A DNA stretch of 64,000 nt from contig JAHJHG010000009.1 of assembly GCA_018823885.1 (NCBI GenBank), positions 783 to 64,782 of the forward strand. Reading direction: 5' to 3'. The notes beneath the pieces were generated by a model. It was not told the origin of the DNA. It was given only the letters and a program-made list of their open reading frames with translations, and made no database searches. Origin of the DNA: Patescibacteria group bacterium (GTDB lineage: Bacteria > Patescibacteriota > Microgenomatia > UBA8517). Position 1 is the first letter of the stretch, and every line of letters begins with the position of its first letter. The position numbers and the translations under genes were made by a program. Shown here one piece after another: positions 47,376 to 58,033 of this stretch.

Positions 47376-48311
47376 TTAGGCAATAACCGACACGCCTCCG
47401 TATAGGATCCAAATTACAAGTGCTCCATAGAGAAAAACAGAAATAATAAGAGGCCGATCTGTCAATAAAAGCTTTTCAGGCGCTTCCGTTCTGCCTTCAA
47501 ATATAAGCGACTGATATCGCATGATTCCAAAAATAACAATAGGGATAGTAATCATCAACATTTTACTTATTGTTGTTGTGCGAGAAAGTTCCGCTAAGAA
47601 AAGCCAAACAGGGACAGTTGCTTTAGGAGATTCAAAAAAACTGTAAAGTGCCCAACTCATCCAAGCGGCGTTGCCAAACATGGTTACATAAGAGTTTAGG
47701 AGTTCTCTTTGATATATGTTTAGGCTTTTTCTGGTTACTTCCGAAGTTTTTTTGATGAGGTTTAGCTCGGCGCGCCTTTTTCCTGATGCCAGAAATAGGG
47801 CAACCGAGATTACGCAAAGTAAAAACCAAACGGAGAGGTGGGCATTGATAACAAAGGCTCCAGCATACACTCTGATGATAAAGCCAGCGGCGATAATAAG
47901 GATGTCGATAATAGCGATATTTTTAAGACCTAAACTGTAGGCTATTTGAAAGATAATGTAGGTCAAAACCAAAAAGAAAAATAATGAATTTAGACAAGCA
48001 GACAAATAAAGAGCAACCACAGCGAAAGAAAAGGCTACAGATAAAGCAATAGGAATAGCCAGTTTTCCAGAAGCGATTGGTCGATTCTTCTTTATGGGGT
48101 GAAGTCTGTCCAGTTTAACATCGAGAACGTCATTGAAAATATAAGCAGCTGAACAGGCAAAATTAAAAGCAATAAAAGCCCAAAGGACTCTTGTAAAAGG
48201 AACGCTTAAGAATAGCTGGCGACTAAAAATAAGGGCGGCAAAAAGCGCCAAGTTTTTGACCCAATGAATTGGCCTTGATACTTTAATTATTTGGGTCGGT
48301 AGGTTAGCCAT
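47376..48311 (-). CDS. UbiA-family prenyltransferase (decaprenyl-phosphate phosphoribosyltransferase-like)
   Basis: RP.HWVKN, YIFNDVLD...DRLHP.K.NRPIASG, KRRAE. Confidence 0.85.
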   Translation of the reverse strand: MANLPTQIIKVSRPIHWVKNLALFAALIFSRQLFLSVPFTRVLWAFIAFNFACSAAYIFNDVLDVKLDRLHPIKKNRPIASGKLAIPIALSVAFSFAVVALYLSACLNSLFFFLVLTYIIFQIAYSLGLKNIAIIDILIIAAGFIIRVYAGAFVINAHLSVWFLLCVISVALFLASGKRRAELNLIKKTSEVTRKSLNIYQRELLNSYVTMFGNAAWMSWALYSFFESPKATVPVWLFLAELSRTTTISKMLMITIPIVIFGIMRYQSLIFEGRTEAPEKLLLTDRPLIISVFLYGALVIWILYGGVSVIA

Positions 48312-49354
48312 AATAGTAAGCCTCCAATCAGAATTGCTACTCCGATAATTGTATAGAACTTAGTGGAGGTGTTCAAATATAGGGCCAGGACACCAAGGAG
48401 GGCGGTTGAGGTCCAATAGAGATAAACGACCTGTTTTTTGGAAAGGCCGGTATCCAGAAGTTTATGATGAAGGTGTTTGCGATCGCCCCACACAGGTGAC
48501 TTCCCGGCCATTATTCGTCGCACAATAGTGTAGCCAGTATCAACCAATGGTATTCCAAGTACCACCACTAAAGTTCCTACCTTGGTAGTTGACAGAATTG
48601 ATAATATGGCCAATAAATACCCTGCCAAAATAGAACCACTATATCCAGGCATTATTTTTTGAGGGTAGAAATTCCAGGGTAAAAAACCCAGGAAGGCTCC
48701 TGCTGTAATTGCTGCCAAAATAATTACTGGCCATTGGGTAATATCGGCGGAGAATTTTAGAGAAAGAGCTGCTATTGTAATTGCAGCGATGGCGGCTACC
48801 CCAGGAAGTTGTCCATCTATCCCTTTTGCTCCCATATTAAGGATATTCATCATAAATACAATCCAGAATAGGGCAAAAATATCAGAAATAACCCAAATTG
48901 TTCGAGTCCCCCCAAAAAGTTCAAAGGCTATTTGGGGGTGAGATAAATCAATGATGCCATTAATTGGACTGGAGATAAAGGAAATTCCAATGCCTGCAAT
49001 TATCGGCAGTCCTGCCGCAAAAAAGCTGACCCCCAACCTTAAATAGGGATTAATATCATATTTATCGTCCAAAACTCCCATTATTGTTAAGACAATCGCT
49101 CCGGCCAGTATTCCCTTGAGATGTTTATCGAGCGGAAGAAAAGCAATACTTGCAACAAAAACGGCAATAAATATGGCCAACCCCCCTACCCGAGGTACAG
49201 GGTATGTGTGAATTTTTTTGGGATGTTTTGATTTCTTAGGGTCATCTATCATCCCGAATTTGTTAGCAAGTTTAATTACAAAAGGAGTGATGAAATAGGC
49301 TATAACAAGAGATGTTAGACCCGACAATATTGCTAGCGTAGAAATATTAAACAT
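48287..49354 (-). CDS. MraY/WecA-family polyprenyl-phosphate GlcNAc-1-P transferase
   Basis: H..PVPRVGGLA, G.LDD, GIDG, FLPWNFYP.KI, D..HLHH. Confidence 0.88.
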   Translation of the reverse strand: MFNISTLAILSGLTSLVIAYFITPFVIKLANKFGMIDDPKKSKHPKKIHTYPVPRVGGLAIFIAVFVASIAFLPLDKHLKGILAGAIVLTIMGVLDDKYDINPYLRLGVSFFAAGLPIIAGIGISFISSPINGIIDLSHPQIAFELFGGTRTIWVISDIFALFWIVFMMNILNMGAKGIDGQLPGVAAIAAITIAALSLKFSADITQWPVIILAAITAGAFLGFLPWNFYPQKIMPGYSGSILAGYLLAILSILSTTKVGTLVVVLGIPLVDTGYTIVRRIMAGKSPVWGDRKHLHHKLLDTGLSKKQVVYLYWTSTALLGVLALYLNTSTKFYTIIGVAILIGGLLLWLTYRPK

Positions 49355-49357
49355 AAA

Positions 49358-49810
49358 CTAAAAACCAATCATTAGCAGCGCGATTTTAATTGTGGTAGTG
49401 GCTGAGAAAATTGTTAATCCTACGGCCGTTATGATAAGGACTTTTTTGAAAAACTCCTCTTTCAATAAATATGAAATAAAAATATTGAGGACGATTACCA
49501 ATAGAGAGATAAGACTGGGTATGGTCAAAGACAGGGATGAAACAAGTTGGGACTCTCCTTCCGGAAGCCCGTAAAGAAGAGGAACTTGTGGAGGGAAAAA
49601 ACCTTGCAATAAAAGAATGATTAGGATGATTAATATGTTGGCGGCAACGGCGATGATTAGAGGATTTTTAAAAGGAATGTTCTCGATCAATGCATCTTTG
49701 TTTTTGGCGATTTTTTCGTCCCAAAGCTTTTTAACCCTTTTACTTGGAAAATAGATTTTTTCAGCCTTTTTTTGTTTTTTCTTCATCTTCAGGGCTAAAT
49801 AGTAAATCAA
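49358..49810 (-). CDS. Membrane protein (DUF1648-like)
   Basis: PPQVPLLYGLP.G with three TMs; start uncertain. Confidence 0.55.
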   Translation of the reverse strand: MIYYLALKMKKKQKKAEKIYFPSKRVKKLWDEKIAKNKDALIENIPFKNPLIIAVAANILIILIILLLQGFFPPQVPLLYGLPEGESQLVSSLSLTIPSLISLLVIVLNIFISYLLKEEFFKKVLIITAVGLTIFSATTTIKIALLMIGF

Positions 49811-51333
49811 AAGTAACTTGGAGGCAATGATGCTTTTATTTCAGGAGAGATTTGATTCCAGACTTCCGCCCCCTTGATTGTAGAAACAAGAATATAATTT
49901 TCTCTCAGTAGAATAGCAAGTTCTGGAAAAGGCGAGGATATTGGCAGTATAACGATTTGCTTCGGAGGATTCATTTTTAAAGCAATGATAGTTTCTTCCG
50001 GACTTGAAAAATCCTTTATGTGATAACTTGCTACGTATTTCATGGGTGGAAGCCTGCGAGATAGCGCATAGACCATTGAACTGTTCTCGCCCCAGACAAA
50101 TACCTTATCCGACTTTGTCGTTGATTGGGCAAGGAGTGTGGCTATTTCATAATTTCTTATTATGTGTCCACCAAAACTATTGAGATATTCTTCCTGAGTT
50201 GTGTTGCCTGTTGCGAATTTAGCAAACCGGACATAATAGGCGGTGGTTGAATAGTGCCAGTTATTAAGATAAACAGGAACAAGTAAGGCAACGGTTAGCG
50301 GAATTATTGAAAAAGACTGCTCTACTGTTTTTTGGGTAAATAAAATTCCAATCAAAAGTGAAACTGCTGGAACAGCCTGTAGAAGATAGTGGGGGTATGG
50401 GCGCTCAGACAAACTTGCCGCAAAAAGATTCAATAGCAACCAGGCCGTGACAAATATAAATTGATTTGAAAGCTTTTTTCTTTTCCAATATAGAATAACC
50501 ATTCCTATTGCAACTATCCCTGCCCGAATTAAAAGTGGGCCGTTTTTTACTAAAAAGGGATCGACCGCGTCATCGGGCCTCCAGCTACTTAAGTAGCCAA
50601 AGTTTTGCAAGAAAGCGGCAATGAGATATTCACTAAAGGCTCCTCTGGCAAAGAACCAAACAAAAGTTGCTGCAATTGGGGCAATAAAGCCAATAGAGAG
50701 ATAAAGAGTGTTTCTAGCAATGACTTTTAGTTTTTTTGTTTTTAGGCCGGCTACTGCTATCCAAAGAAAGATTATTGCAGGAATATCAAAAGCAGCAGGA
50801 ACTTTGAAAAGAGTGGCTATCGAAAAGAGAACGCCAGCGGTAAAAAGATTTTTGAAATTAAGCCTTTTACTTAAAAGAATTAGAAAGGCGGCAATAATCG
50901 GACCAATCATGAAATTTTCTGCGTTTGCAATATGTCCCTCTAGAAGAGGAATTGTTGTTAATAAAGCGAAAACTCCTGTTGATACCTTTTGGAGTTTTAT
51001 TGACTTAGGGAAAAGAGCCTTACTGAGTTTCCAGAAAAGGACGACCGTTATTAAGCTCCAGGCAGCCAGAATTACTTTAAACCAAAAAAGATTTCCGGCA
51101 ACGGCGGCTGTTAGATATAAAAGGGGAGGTTTATTATCATGAATTCCGCCATAGAGAGGTATTCCTTGTCTTACCGCTTCTCCTAATGAAAGATATATCA
51201 TTTCATCGCCATACGAGTAAGGTTCTATGAAGTTGGGGATTCTAAATAACAACACAAGAGCGAGGAGGATGGTTAACCACAGCGGGAGATGAATTTTGTC
51301 TAGAAACTTATTTATGGACTTTTTTGATACCAT
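49807..51333 (-). CDS. GT-C fold membrane glycosyltransferase (ArnT/PMT-like)
   Basis: GDEMIY, DNKPPL, NAE, RPYPHY; polytopic. Confidence 0.75.
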   Translation of the reverse strand: MVSKKSINKFLDKIHLPLWLTILLALVLLFRIPNFIEPYSYGDEMIYLSLGEAVRQGIPLYGGIHDNKPPLLYLTAAVAGNLFWFKVILAAWSLITVVLFWKLSKALFPKSIKLQKVSTGVFALLTTIPLLEGHIANAENFMIGPIIAAFLILLSKRLNFKNLFTAGVLFSIATLFKVPAAFDIPAIIFLWIAVAGLKTKKLKVIARNTLYLSIGFIAPIAATFVWFFARGAFSEYLIAAFLQNFGYLSSWRPDDAVDPFLVKNGPLLIRAGIVAIGMVILYWKRKKLSNQFIFVTAWLLLNLFAASLSERPYPHYLLQAVPAVSLLIGILFTQKTVEQSFSIIPLTVALLVPVYLNNWHYSTTAYYVRFAKFATGNTTQEEYLNSFGGHIIRNYEIATLLAQSTTKSDKVFVWGENSSMVYALSRRLPPMKYVASYHIKDFSSPEETIIALKMNPPKQIVILPISSPFPELAILLRENYILVSTIKGAEVWNQISPEIKASLPPSYF

Positions 51334-52616
51334 ACAAATTTAAGTTCGCCGAAGGTAGCAGGTTCACTTTCAGTATAGTTGGGCAGATCAATTTCATCAA
51401 CCGAGCCACTTGTCACAACACCGATTCTTTCTGCCTCCTTGGGAATTTCGCGCAATATATCCTTCTCTACCATTTGAGCAGTGCCGACATAAAAAGGCAA
51501 TTCTCCCTCAGGTACATATATCGGTGCAGGAATTTCGTAATATATTGTTTCCCACAAATGATGAGCACCTGAGTTCCAGTTAATTAAGAAATCTCCTTCT
51601 TGTTGTGTTTCTTTTACATAACTGGAGAGTGCCTTAAAAGGCCTTTTTGCGGGGTGTGTGAAGTAGTTATAATCAATGACCATAAAGAGAATAAGCAATG
51701 CAGCGATCAAGACATTTGAGACAGGCTTTCTCCAGTTTGAGGCCAAGAGCAACATTGCTCCTGGGATAGCGTATAAAAGATATCGATTAAAGAATATCGA
51801 CTGGAATTTTTGAGAAACAATCCAGGCTAAGGCTATTGGCAACAGAAACCAAAAGATAAGAAAAAGACTTTTTTGAAAACTTTTTGTCCAACGTCTTGTA
51901 ACGAGGATGACATAAGTGATATAAAGCGCCGGTATAGCAAAAGCGTGCTTGATGCCAATTGCCAAATATTCATTAATTACTCCCCCAAAGTCTTTCAGAG
52001 TTGGAGTCCCCAACCAAAATCCACCCCCGACTCTGTTAACTTGGTTGTAAAGCGGAATTATCCAAGGAAGGTAAAGGATACCAACGACAACAAATGATTT
52101 AAACATACTTACAGCAACCTTCCGTTTTCCGAAAAAATATTCGTACAAAAACCAAAGCCCCTGTACAAAAAGAGCAAAGATGGCAAAATGGTGAGAATAC
52201 AGTGCCCAAGCAGTTGCAATAACATATCCGACCCAGTTTCGTTTCAAGAAAAAGTACATGGAGGCAGCAACTCCGAGAGCCATAATGGAATACATCCTTC
52301 CTTCAAAGGCATAAATGAAAAAGAAAGGGTTTAAGAAGGAAAGGGTAGCTGCAACAAGTCCTGTTTTTTTATTCCAGAGAAAACTGCCAATTTTATAAAC
52401 GAAAAATATTGTTAAAACGTAAAACAAAAATGATAGAGAGCGAATGGCTATTTCACTTGAGCCAAAAAGATTAAACCAAAGATGCTCAATAATATTGTAG
52501 AGCGGTGGATAAGTGTCTCGGGCGGAGACATCAATTATTCTTAAAAGAGAAGCTTTTGAAAGAACGGCACTAAAAGCTTCATCGCCCCAAAGGCTGGCAG
52601 TGAACTGATTAGGCAT
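51312..52616 (-). CDS. GT-C fold glycosyltransferase (family 39-like)
   Basis: SLWGDEAFS, D.YPPLY, E..IR..S, EGRMY. Confidence 0.8.
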   Translation of the reverse strand: MPNQFTASLWGDEAFSAVLSKASLLRIIDVSARDTYPPLYNIIEHLWFNLFGSSEIAIRSLSFLFYVLTIFFVYKIGSFLWNKKTGLVAATLSFLNPFFFIYAFEGRMYSIMALGVAASMYFFLKRNWVGYVIATAWALYSHHFAIFALFVQGLWFLYEYFFGKRKVAVSMFKSFVVVGILYLPWIIPLYNQVNRVGGGFWLGTPTLKDFGGVINEYLAIGIKHAFAIPALYITYVILVTRRWTKSFQKSLFLIFWFLLPIALAWIVSQKFQSIFFNRYLLYAIPGAMLLLASNWRKPVSNVLIAALLILFMVIDYNYFTHPAKRPFKALSSYVKETQQEGDFLINWNSGAHHLWETIYYEIPAPIYVPEGELPFYVGTAQMVEKDILREIPKEAERIGVVTSGSVDEIDLPNYTESEPATFGELKFVWYQKSP

Positions 52617-52638
52617 TAATTCAGTATACAATATCTAT

Positions 52639-53070
52639 ATGGACCATTTGGCGATAATGAAGAAGAGTTGGGGTTTTACTCAAAAGATTTTGGATGGCGA
52701 AAAAACACTCGAGAGTAGATGGTATAAAACAAGGAGAGTTCCCTGGGGAAAAATAAAAAAGGACGATGCAGTGTATTTCAAAAATTCGGGAGAACTGACA
52801 ACAGCTAAAGCCATTGTCTCAAAGGTGATTGAATTTGAAGAATTAACTCCAAGAAAAGTTAAAGGAATTTTAGATAGACATTGGAAAGATCTTGGAATTT
52901 CAAAAGAGGAGCTTCCCGATTTTTATAAGAGATTTAAGAATAAAAAATATTGTATTTTAATTTTTCTTAAAAACCCAAGAAAAGTGACGCCATTTAAAAT
53001 TAGTAAAAAAGGTTTTGGCGCAATGGCTTCTTGGATTTGTATCGAGGATATTAAAAGACTTAAATCTTAA
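52639..53070 (+). CDS. ASCH-domain protein
   Basis: HLAIM......KIL.GEKT.ESR motif. Confidence 0.75.
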   Translation: MDHLAIMKKSWGFTQKILDGEKTLESRWYKTRRVPWGKIKKDDAVYFKNSGELTTAKAIVSKVIEFEELTPRKVKGILDRHWKDLGISKEELPDFYKRFKNKKYCILIFLKNPRKVTPFKISKKGFGAMASWICIEDIKRLKS

Positions 53071-54575
53071 ACTTTCTCAGTTACCCTGTATTCTAGTCTT
53101 TTTCCCAACATTAACATCGTTTGAGCATGGAGACCAGGAAGGACAGATAAAGGAAGTGTCACAATTGGTAAAGTAACCCATTGGACTATTTCTTTTAAAA
53201 CATCAAAAACTGTTTTTGGTCTCGCTTCTTTGGGTCTAAGAGAAAGGTCCACCATGACCATAACGACAAGAGCGACAAGACAAACGGTTAAAACTGTTTG
53301 AGCAACTCTTGGAAGGCTGAAGCCAAGCGAAGTTCTTGAAAATGCAGGGTTAATAATAGTAGGCAAAGTTGCACCGAGGGTTAAAAGGAACCAGTTGGTA
53401 GACCAAATAACATGGGTTTCAACAATTTTATAGATTCTAAAAGCCCTAGTAAGAAGCGGAATTTCAGTATGCTTCATTGACTCTTTTATTGCGAAGGGTA
53501 AGTCGGTTGCGCCCCAAGCATGTCTCTTGCATTGTTCGTATCTATTTTTCAGTGAACCAAACCAGCTTTTTGCTTCAGGTGCGTCGATGCTTGTTGGTAA
53601 ATATATTGGTTCAACTTGAATTAGTCCTTTATTTTCAAAAAAGGTTTGAAGGAAAAGATGCCAGTCTTCGGGGATGATATCTGTGTGCCAATAACCAACA
53701 CCGTGCAAAAGCTTAAAAGATAAAGAATAACAGGAATAATTAAAGATTAGTCTGCTTGGCTCCTGTAGGTCAGATAAGTGAATTGCATGACCAATGATTC
53801 CAATCATCTTAATTGGGAAAGGCACGCGATGTAAATTGTTGTACCAAAAAATTGGTGATTGCCAGAATTTAAGATAACGATCGGAATCCATCGCGAAATG
53901 ATAGGTTAGGCTGGCAAAATATTTGGAGTGGAATTTTGCATCAGCGTCACAAGATGTGACTGTTACATGTCCTAGGGGAATTCCTTTTTTGTCTAGTACT
54001 TTTTTGGCTTCTTTGGCCGCCCAGGCCTCATTTGATGCTTTTCCTCTCACTTCGCCTGAAATATTGTCGGGGTGATAAGTTGCGGTAAGAAAACCAAATT
54101 GATCTTTGTATTTTTTAATAAGATTTGCTGCTCTCTCTTTTGCGCCTGGAGCTCTTGCTTCCATTGCTAAAAAAACGAACATGGAGTTTTTATCAATTTG
54201 TTTTTGCCCGGCAAATGCTTGAAGTGATTTTGAAAGAACCTCTTCCGACTCATTATAGTTGGGAACGATTACAACGTGTTTTATCTCGTTCCAGTCAAGG
54301 GAGTTGACTGTTTTTTCCTTTTTCCACCTTCTTGGCCAACTTATGGTTTCCCAGTCTTTTAGAATGAAGTACCCCTTAAAACTGAAGAATGCCGATTTAA
54401 ATGATTTATAAAACCAGAAAGCTAAAAAAGCAATGATTCCGTAGGCAATGACATTAGGCGCAATTAAGCCTCCTATTGCAGGAGCTAAAATTATTGACCA
54501 AGCGACAAAGCCTGGAAGAATTTCCAGAAATCTATGAAATCTTTTTTCGTATTTACCCAAGAGTAGTTTTTTCAT
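53067..54575 (-). CDS. Membrane-bound glycosyltransferase family 2
   Basis: VPNYNE, GKASN, CDAD, IPEDW, Q.KRHAWG. Confidence 0.85.
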   Translation of the reverse strand: MKKLLLGKYEKRFHRFLEILPGFVAWSIILAPAIGGLIAPNVIAYGIIAFLAFWFYKSFKSAFFSFKGYFILKDWETISWPRRWKKEKTVNSLDWNEIKHVVIVPNYNESEEVLSKSLQAFAGQKQIDKNSMFVFLAMEARAPGAKERAANLIKKYKDQFGFLTATYHPDNISGEVRGKASNEAWAAKEAKKVLDKKGIPLGHVTVTSCDADAKFHSKYFASLTYHFAMDSDRYLKFWQSPIFWYNNLHRVPFPIKMIGIIGHAIHLSDLQEPSRLIFNYSCYSLSFKLLHGVGYWHTDIIPEDWHLFLQTFFENKGLIQVEPIYLPTSIDAPEAKSWFGSLKNRYEQCKRHAWGATDLPFAIKESMKHTEIPLLTRAFRIYKIVETHVIWSTNWFLLTLGATLPTIINPAFSRTSLGFSLPRVAQTVLTVCLVALVVMVMVDLSLRPKEARPKTVFDVLKEIVQWVTLPIVTLPLSVLPGLHAQTMLMLGKRLEYRVTEKV

Positions 54576-54658
54576 AATAATTTAAGCTAGAAAGGATTAG
54601 CTTGAAACAGCTATTTATGCCCAAAGTATTTTACACTACAGGCTGGTTTGCTACAAAT

Positions 54659-56083
54659 TCAGGTAAGGCGAGGGAAAAGCGGCTTCCCCGCATTTATTTT
54701 AGGTCCGGCGAATTGTTTTTCAATTTTTTCTGCAGTTTCTGGCAAGAAAGGTTTTAGGTTGTAGGCGATATCCCTAATAGTCGATACGGCATTTTCAAGA
54801 TTTTCTTTAAGTTTGCTCCCCTCCAATTCCCATGGACGGGCTTTTTCTATCTTTTGGTCTAGTTTTTTAATATCGGTCCAAATTTTCTCGAGCGCGCGGT
54901 CAAACCTGTAGTTGTCAAAAGCTTTTTTGACCCCTGTGCTTATTTGGATTTCTATGTTTTCGAAAGACCCTTCCGATTTTTCGCATAATTTGGCAACTCT
55001 GGCGATTAAGTTTCCAAGACCATTTGCCAAATCGGAATTATATACATGTCTTAGTTTTTTTTCTGAAAAGTCACCATCAGTGAAAGGATTAAATTTTGCC
55101 AGAAAGTAATATCGAAGCGCATCTGCACCATAAGTTTTTATTAAATATAGAGGATCAATTACATTTCCGATGCTTTTAGATATTTTTTGTCCGTCAACAG
55201 TAAAATATCCGTGAACAAAAATAGTTTTTGGTATCTCTAGTCCTGCAGACAAAAGGAAAGCTGGCCAATAAATGGCATGGAAACGAGTAATGCCTTTGCC
55301 GATTACATGTACGTCCGCAGGCCACCACTTTTTGTATTCCTTTTCGTCCCAGCCAAATCCAATACCTGACTGATATATGTTTAAGGCATCGAACCAAACA
55401 TATATTTTTTGGGTTGGGTCGTTTGGTACTGGAACGCCCCAATTTTTAGCTCTTTCGTTGGTTCTGGAAATGCTGATATCTTTAAGGCCTCCTTTAAGGA
55501 AAGACAAAACTTCGTTTTTTCTTGTTGTGGGGATTATTTTAAGTTCATCGCTTTCAATAAGCTTTATTAGTTGATCCTCGTACTTTGATAATTTGAAGAA
55601 GTAGTTTTCTTCCGCCACTTTTTGGAGTTTTTTCCCAGGATGTTCATGGCATTCTCCTTTTTCGTCCAGCTCTTCTGTGGAGTAAAAAGTTTCACAACCA
55701 ACACAATAAAGGCCTTCATATTTCTTTTTATATATGTCGCCGGCAGTTTCGCAAAGTTTCCATAATTTTTGACTTGAAGCGAAATGTTTTTCTTTATTAG
55801 ATCCTTTTTGCCACACATTAAATTCGGTGTTAAGTTCTTTTGTCAATTTATGAAAAATTTCTGTGTTTTTGTCGACGAATTTTTGAACTGGAATACCTGC
55901 AGTTTCAGCTGCTTGAACATTTTTTAATGCGTTTTCATCTCCTCCTGAAAGCATTAATGTACTCTCGCCCATGAGCTTGTGGAATCTTGCAATAACATCT
56001 GTTTGTACAAATTCCAACGCATGGCCGATGTGAGGCGCTGCGTTGACGTAAGGTATAGCTGCGGTGATATAGAATTTCTTCAT
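54659..56083 (-). CDS. metG: Methionine--tRNA ligase (short form)
   Basis: YVNAAPHIGHA, Y.GLYCVGCE, YVWFDAL, KISKS. Confidence 0.95.
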   Translation of the reverse strand: MKKFYITAAIPYVNAAPHIGHALEFVQTDVIARFHKLMGESTLMLSGGDENALKNVQAAETAGIPVQKFVDKNTEIFHKLTKELNTEFNVWQKGSNKEKHFASSQKLWKLCETAGDIYKKKYEGLYCVGCETFYSTEELDEKGECHEHPGKKLQKVAEENYFFKLSKYEDQLIKLIESDELKIIPTTRKNEVLSFLKGGLKDISISRTNERAKNWGVPVPNDPTQKIYVWFDALNIYQSGIGFGWDEKEYKKWWPADVHVIGKGITRFHAIYWPAFLLSAGLEIPKTIFVHGYFTVDGQKISKSIGNVIDPLYLIKTYGADALRYYFLAKFNPFTDGDFSEKKLRHVYNSDLANGLGNLIARVAKLCEKSEGSFENIEIQISTGVKKAFDNYRFDRALEKIWTDIKKLDQKIEKARPWELEGSKLKENLENAVSTIRDIAYNLKPFLPETAEKIEKQFAGPKINAGKPLFPRLT

Positions 56084-56148
56084 GATATTAATAGTGTACA
56101 GAAAAACTTCTTACTTGAGGAGGTTGAATGCGATATTAAAAAGGGTTT

Positions 56149-56502
56149 TTATTCTCCTATAAATTTCTTAATTTTGTCAGCCCATTGATTGGCCCATTCT
56201 TCCGCCTCGATCTTTTTGATTGCCAGGCTAAAGCCGGGATTATTCAACAAAGATGAGACATCGGCTATTGTTGCGCTTGACACCTTTAGGTTTTCCCTAA
56301 TATTCGAGTAACTTCTCCCTTTCTTTAGCCAGTAGGCGATGGCTAATCGTTTCGCGAAAGTTTCTATTTCAGCATCCGTGAAGAAATTGTTTAAAAAAGT
56401 TTCTCCTTCATTTAAATTTTTGAAATCGGCCAAGGTTTGAGCAAGAGTTTTAATGATTTGTCGTTTTAAAGAGGGATTTAGTTTTCTGTCAGATGTTCTC
56501 AT
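56149..56502 (-). CDS. TrpR/YerC-like helix-turn-helix protein
   Basis: T..E.....KRLAIA..L..G.SY..I...L.VSSATI. Confidence 0.8.
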   Translation of the reverse strand: MRTSDRKLNPSLKRQIIKTLAQTLADFKNLNEGETFLNNFFTDAEIETFAKRLAIAYWLKKGRSYSNIRENLKVSSATIADVSSLLNNPGFSLAIKKIEAEEWANQWADKIKKFIGE

Positions 56503-56600
56503 TGCTGTTTAATTAATCAAAGAAGTAACTATTATTTTCAATATAGGCAGGAGCTAAACTGCAGTATAACAAGTTTTATTTACGAGTCAAGAAGCCGGGG

Positions 56601-56975
56601 CTAATGGGACCTGGAAAGATATAAGTCTGTAGTTATTCCAAGGCCAATTATTAGTAAAAAGTTTATTATGTTTCCAACTCCTAAATATCGTAACAATAAA
56701 AAGAGTGTTGCAGTGGAAGCAATAACTAAACCTCTTTTGGAATTTGCCAGAAGGGTGGAAAAAGTAAAAAGGAGGGCGATGAAGAATACTGAGAAAAACA
56801 AAGGAACAATACCGAGCGTGGACGGATTAATGAAGTAGATAATCGCTGCGATACCAAGCCAGGAAATAAAAGTAACAATTAAGGTTGGAAAGAAATTTTT
56901 TCTTCTCCTTATTTTTTTCCTTCTTCCATCAACAACATATGCAGTGTAGCGTTTGCTGGCAGGTTTTTTCTTCAT
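56601..56975 (-). CDS. Hypothetical four-TM membrane protein
   Basis: Basic N-terminus and hydrophobic helices. Confidence 0.6.
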   Translation of the reverse strand: MKKKPASKRYTAYVVDGRRKKIRRRKNFFPTLIVTFISWLGIAAIIYFINPSTLGIVPLFFSVFFIALLFTFSTLLANSKRGLVIASTATLFLLLRYLGVGNIINFLLIIGLGITTDLYLSRSH

Positions 56976-57034
56976 AGTTATATTTTACCCGATAGTTGAA
57001 ATTTTCGTGAAGAGGTTGTGATAGAATTGGGCAT

Positions 57035-58033
57035 ATGGATCCGGTAATAGTGTTGGTAATTATTCTGGGGGGGCTTATTATTCTTGGTTTCCTGATTAAC
57101 AAACGACTAGTTGATTTAGCGGAAGGACAGAAGCCTTCAGATGAACTTTTGGAGATTATAAAGATGCTTCAGGAAGGTTCCAAAGAAGATAGGAAGGTGT
57201 TACTCTCCTCACTCCAGAAAAATACACAGTCGCTGAATGAGCGTCTTGACGCGGCCTCAAGGGTGATTGGACAGGTGCAAAGAAATGTTGGGGAAATGAG
57301 CGAGATAGGTCGCGGGATGAAAGATTTACAAGAATTTTTGAGAAGTCCAAAGATTCGTGGAAATGTTGGGGAGCAGGTTTTAAAAGAATTGCTTTCTCAA
57401 ATTCTTCCGAAGAAATCCTTTAACTTACAACATACTTTTAAATCTGGCGAGAAAGTTGATGCCGCCATAATAACTTCGGCAGGTATAATTCCCGTTGACT
57501 CTAAATTTCCGATGGAGAATTTCAGAAAGATGACGTCGGCAGAATCGGAGACGGAAAAGAAAACCCACAGTAAGCAATTTGAAAGGGATGTTAAAAGGCA
57601 TATTGACGTGATTTCAAAAAAATACATATTGACGGAAGAAGGAACAATTGATTATGCACTGATGTACATACCGGCAGAAAGTGTATATTACGAAGTTGTT
57701 AATAGTCCGACACTTTTTGATTACGGGGCCGCCAAAAGAGTGCTCCCTGTTTCTCCGACCACTTTTTATGCATACCTGAGGGCAATATTAATGAGTTTCG
57801 AAGGGCAAAAGATCGAGCAGAAAGCACGAGAAATACTGGCGGCGATTAGGGCGATTCAAAAAGATTATAATAAAGTAGAAGACAATATTTCTAAGCTCCA
57901 AAGGCATTTGAACAATGCTTATAATATGATGAGCAACGTGTTGACGTCCTTTACTCAATTGGGTCAGAAAATTACGTCAACGCAGAGTTTAGGCCATGGA
58001 GTTAAGGAGGAGGTTAAAAAACTAAAGGAATGA
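57035..58033 (+). CDS. rmuC: DNA recombination protein RmuC
   Basis: K.RG..GE..L, PVDSKFP, KKYI, A.MYIPAES, VSPTT. Confidence 0.9.
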   Translation: MDPVIVLVIILGGLIILGFLINKRLVDLAEGQKPSDELLEIIKMLQEGSKEDRKVLLSSLQKNTQSLNERLDAASRVIGQVQRNVGEMSEIGRGMKDLQEFLRSPKIRGNVGEQVLKELLSQILPKKSFNLQHTFKSGEKVDAAIITSAGIIPVDSKFPMENFRKMTSAESETEKKTHSKQFERDVKRHIDVISKKYILTEEGTIDYALMYIPAESVYYEVVNSPTLFDYGAAKRVLPVSPTTFYAYLRAILMSFEGQKIEQKAREILAAIRAIQKDYNKVEDNISKLQRHLNNAYNMMSNVLTSFTQLGQKITSTQSLGHGVKEEVKKLKE

